A stretch of 64,000 bases of DNA, from NCBI GenBank assembly GCA_041687695.1, contig JAWLBL010000024.1, forward strand, positions 77,147 through 141,146, read 5' to 3'. The notes under the pieces were generated by a model that saw only the letters and a program-made list of their open reading frames with translations, did no database searches and was not told the DNA's origin. This document shows, in pieces, positions 63,313 through 64,000 of this stretch. Each line of letters starts with the position of its first letter. Positions within the stretch are counted from its first letter, which is position 1. This DNA is from Myxococcota bacterium. Lineage in GTDB: Bacteria > Myxococcota_A > UBA9042 > PHBI01 > JAWLBL01. Made by a program: the position numbers and the translations under genes.

Positions 63313-64000
63313 ATGGACACGCTCGACATCCCAGGCGCCCCGAACCACGAGCTGACGCGCTCGCCCGCCGCGCTCGCGGTCGGCCGGCTGGCCCGGACCT
63401 CGGGCCTGTTCATGGCCCACTTCGAGCACCGCGTGCAGCTCGAGCTGCCCGAGGCCTGGGTCCCGGAGGGGCGGCCCGATCTGGGCGTGTCCGAAGGCTG
63501 GCGCGGCGGCGTCCTGCCCGAGAGCAAGTATCACGCCTTCCGCCACGATCTGCTGGTCGGCAGCTTCAACCCGCCGCACCGCGCCAAGTGGACCGCCCAC
63601 GAGCTGTGCCACGGGCTGGTCGGCTTCGCCTGGCGCCCCGGCGCCCCGCTGCTGTTCCACGCGCTGGCCGCCCGGCTGGCCGAGGCGCTGCCCGTCGCCT
63701 TGTGGTACTTCTTCGACGAGGCCGGCCTCGCGCGCTGCCGCGACCACGCCGGCCAGGGGCCGCTGTGGGGCGACTTCTGCGCCGACTGCGAGGCCGCCGC
63801 CAGCGACGGGGCGGTGGGCGACGCGTCCGACCCCCGCTGGATCGTCGAGGGCCGGGCCTTTCTGCAGCGCGAGCTGACCGCCGTCACCCGCTCGCGCCGC
63901 CTCGGCCGCCCCATCTCGCACCGCCTGGCCACCCTCGACCTCGCCAGCGACGGCCTCGCCTACGCGGCGGCTCACGCCGGCCGCCTGGCCTCCCCCGAGA
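63313..64000 (+). CDS. Hypothetical HExxH protein, truncated by the window edge (absent from the ORF track)
   Basis: ATG 63313 after GAGGA; open to the window end (MDTLDIPGAPNHELTRS...KWTAHELCHGLVGF...AEALP...CADC). Confidence 0.78.
   Translation, partial: MDTLDIPGAPNHELTRSPAALAVGRLARTSGLFMAHFEHRVQLELPEAWVPEGRPDLGVSEGWRGGVLPESKYHAFRHDLLVGSFNPPHRAKWTAHELCHGLVGFAWRPGAPLLFHALAARLAEALPVALWYFFDEAGLARCRDHAGQGPLWGDFCADCEAAASDGAVGDASDPRWIVEGRAFLQRELTAVTRSRRLGRPISHRLATLDLASDGLAYAAAHAGRLASPE

Overview
Very GC-rich bacterial DNA, most consistent with an uncultured Myxococcota/deltaproteobacterial genome (inference from MYXO-CTERM-like tails, Hanks-type kinases, an ECF/FecR pair and Cys-rich lipoproteins). 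I support about 50 real CDSs; most long entries in the supplied ORF track are GC shadow frames. Left to right: a REP-like 175-bp tandem repeat; a minus-strand carotenoid operon (crtY-crtE-crtI-crtB-unknown His-rich membrane ORF-GT2-carH, then a c-type cytochrome) with a four-repeat 11-bp CarH-type operator; membrane and stress genes; a HEAT/Zn-finger protein, kinase and GT-C gene; an orphan PAAR plus DUF2169 pair; an ATP-grasp/ABC-CPBP/kinase operon; a degenerate sigma54-activator-like three-gene operon; an IPT/TIG surface protein facing an ECF sigma and anti-sigma; a 43-bp tandem repeat; a CUT1 sugar ABC transporter; an 87-aa Cys-repeat lipoprotein; trmK-like and ttcA genes. The best novelty candidates are a 240-nt intergenic element closed by a perfect 14-bp inverted repeat (63048-63287), a second long-range-paired intergenic element (11492-11715), and the unknown membrane ORF in the crt operon. 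I saw no CRISPR array, rRNA, tRNA, transposase or reverse transcriptase. All family assignments are by-eye motif recognition, with no database searches run.
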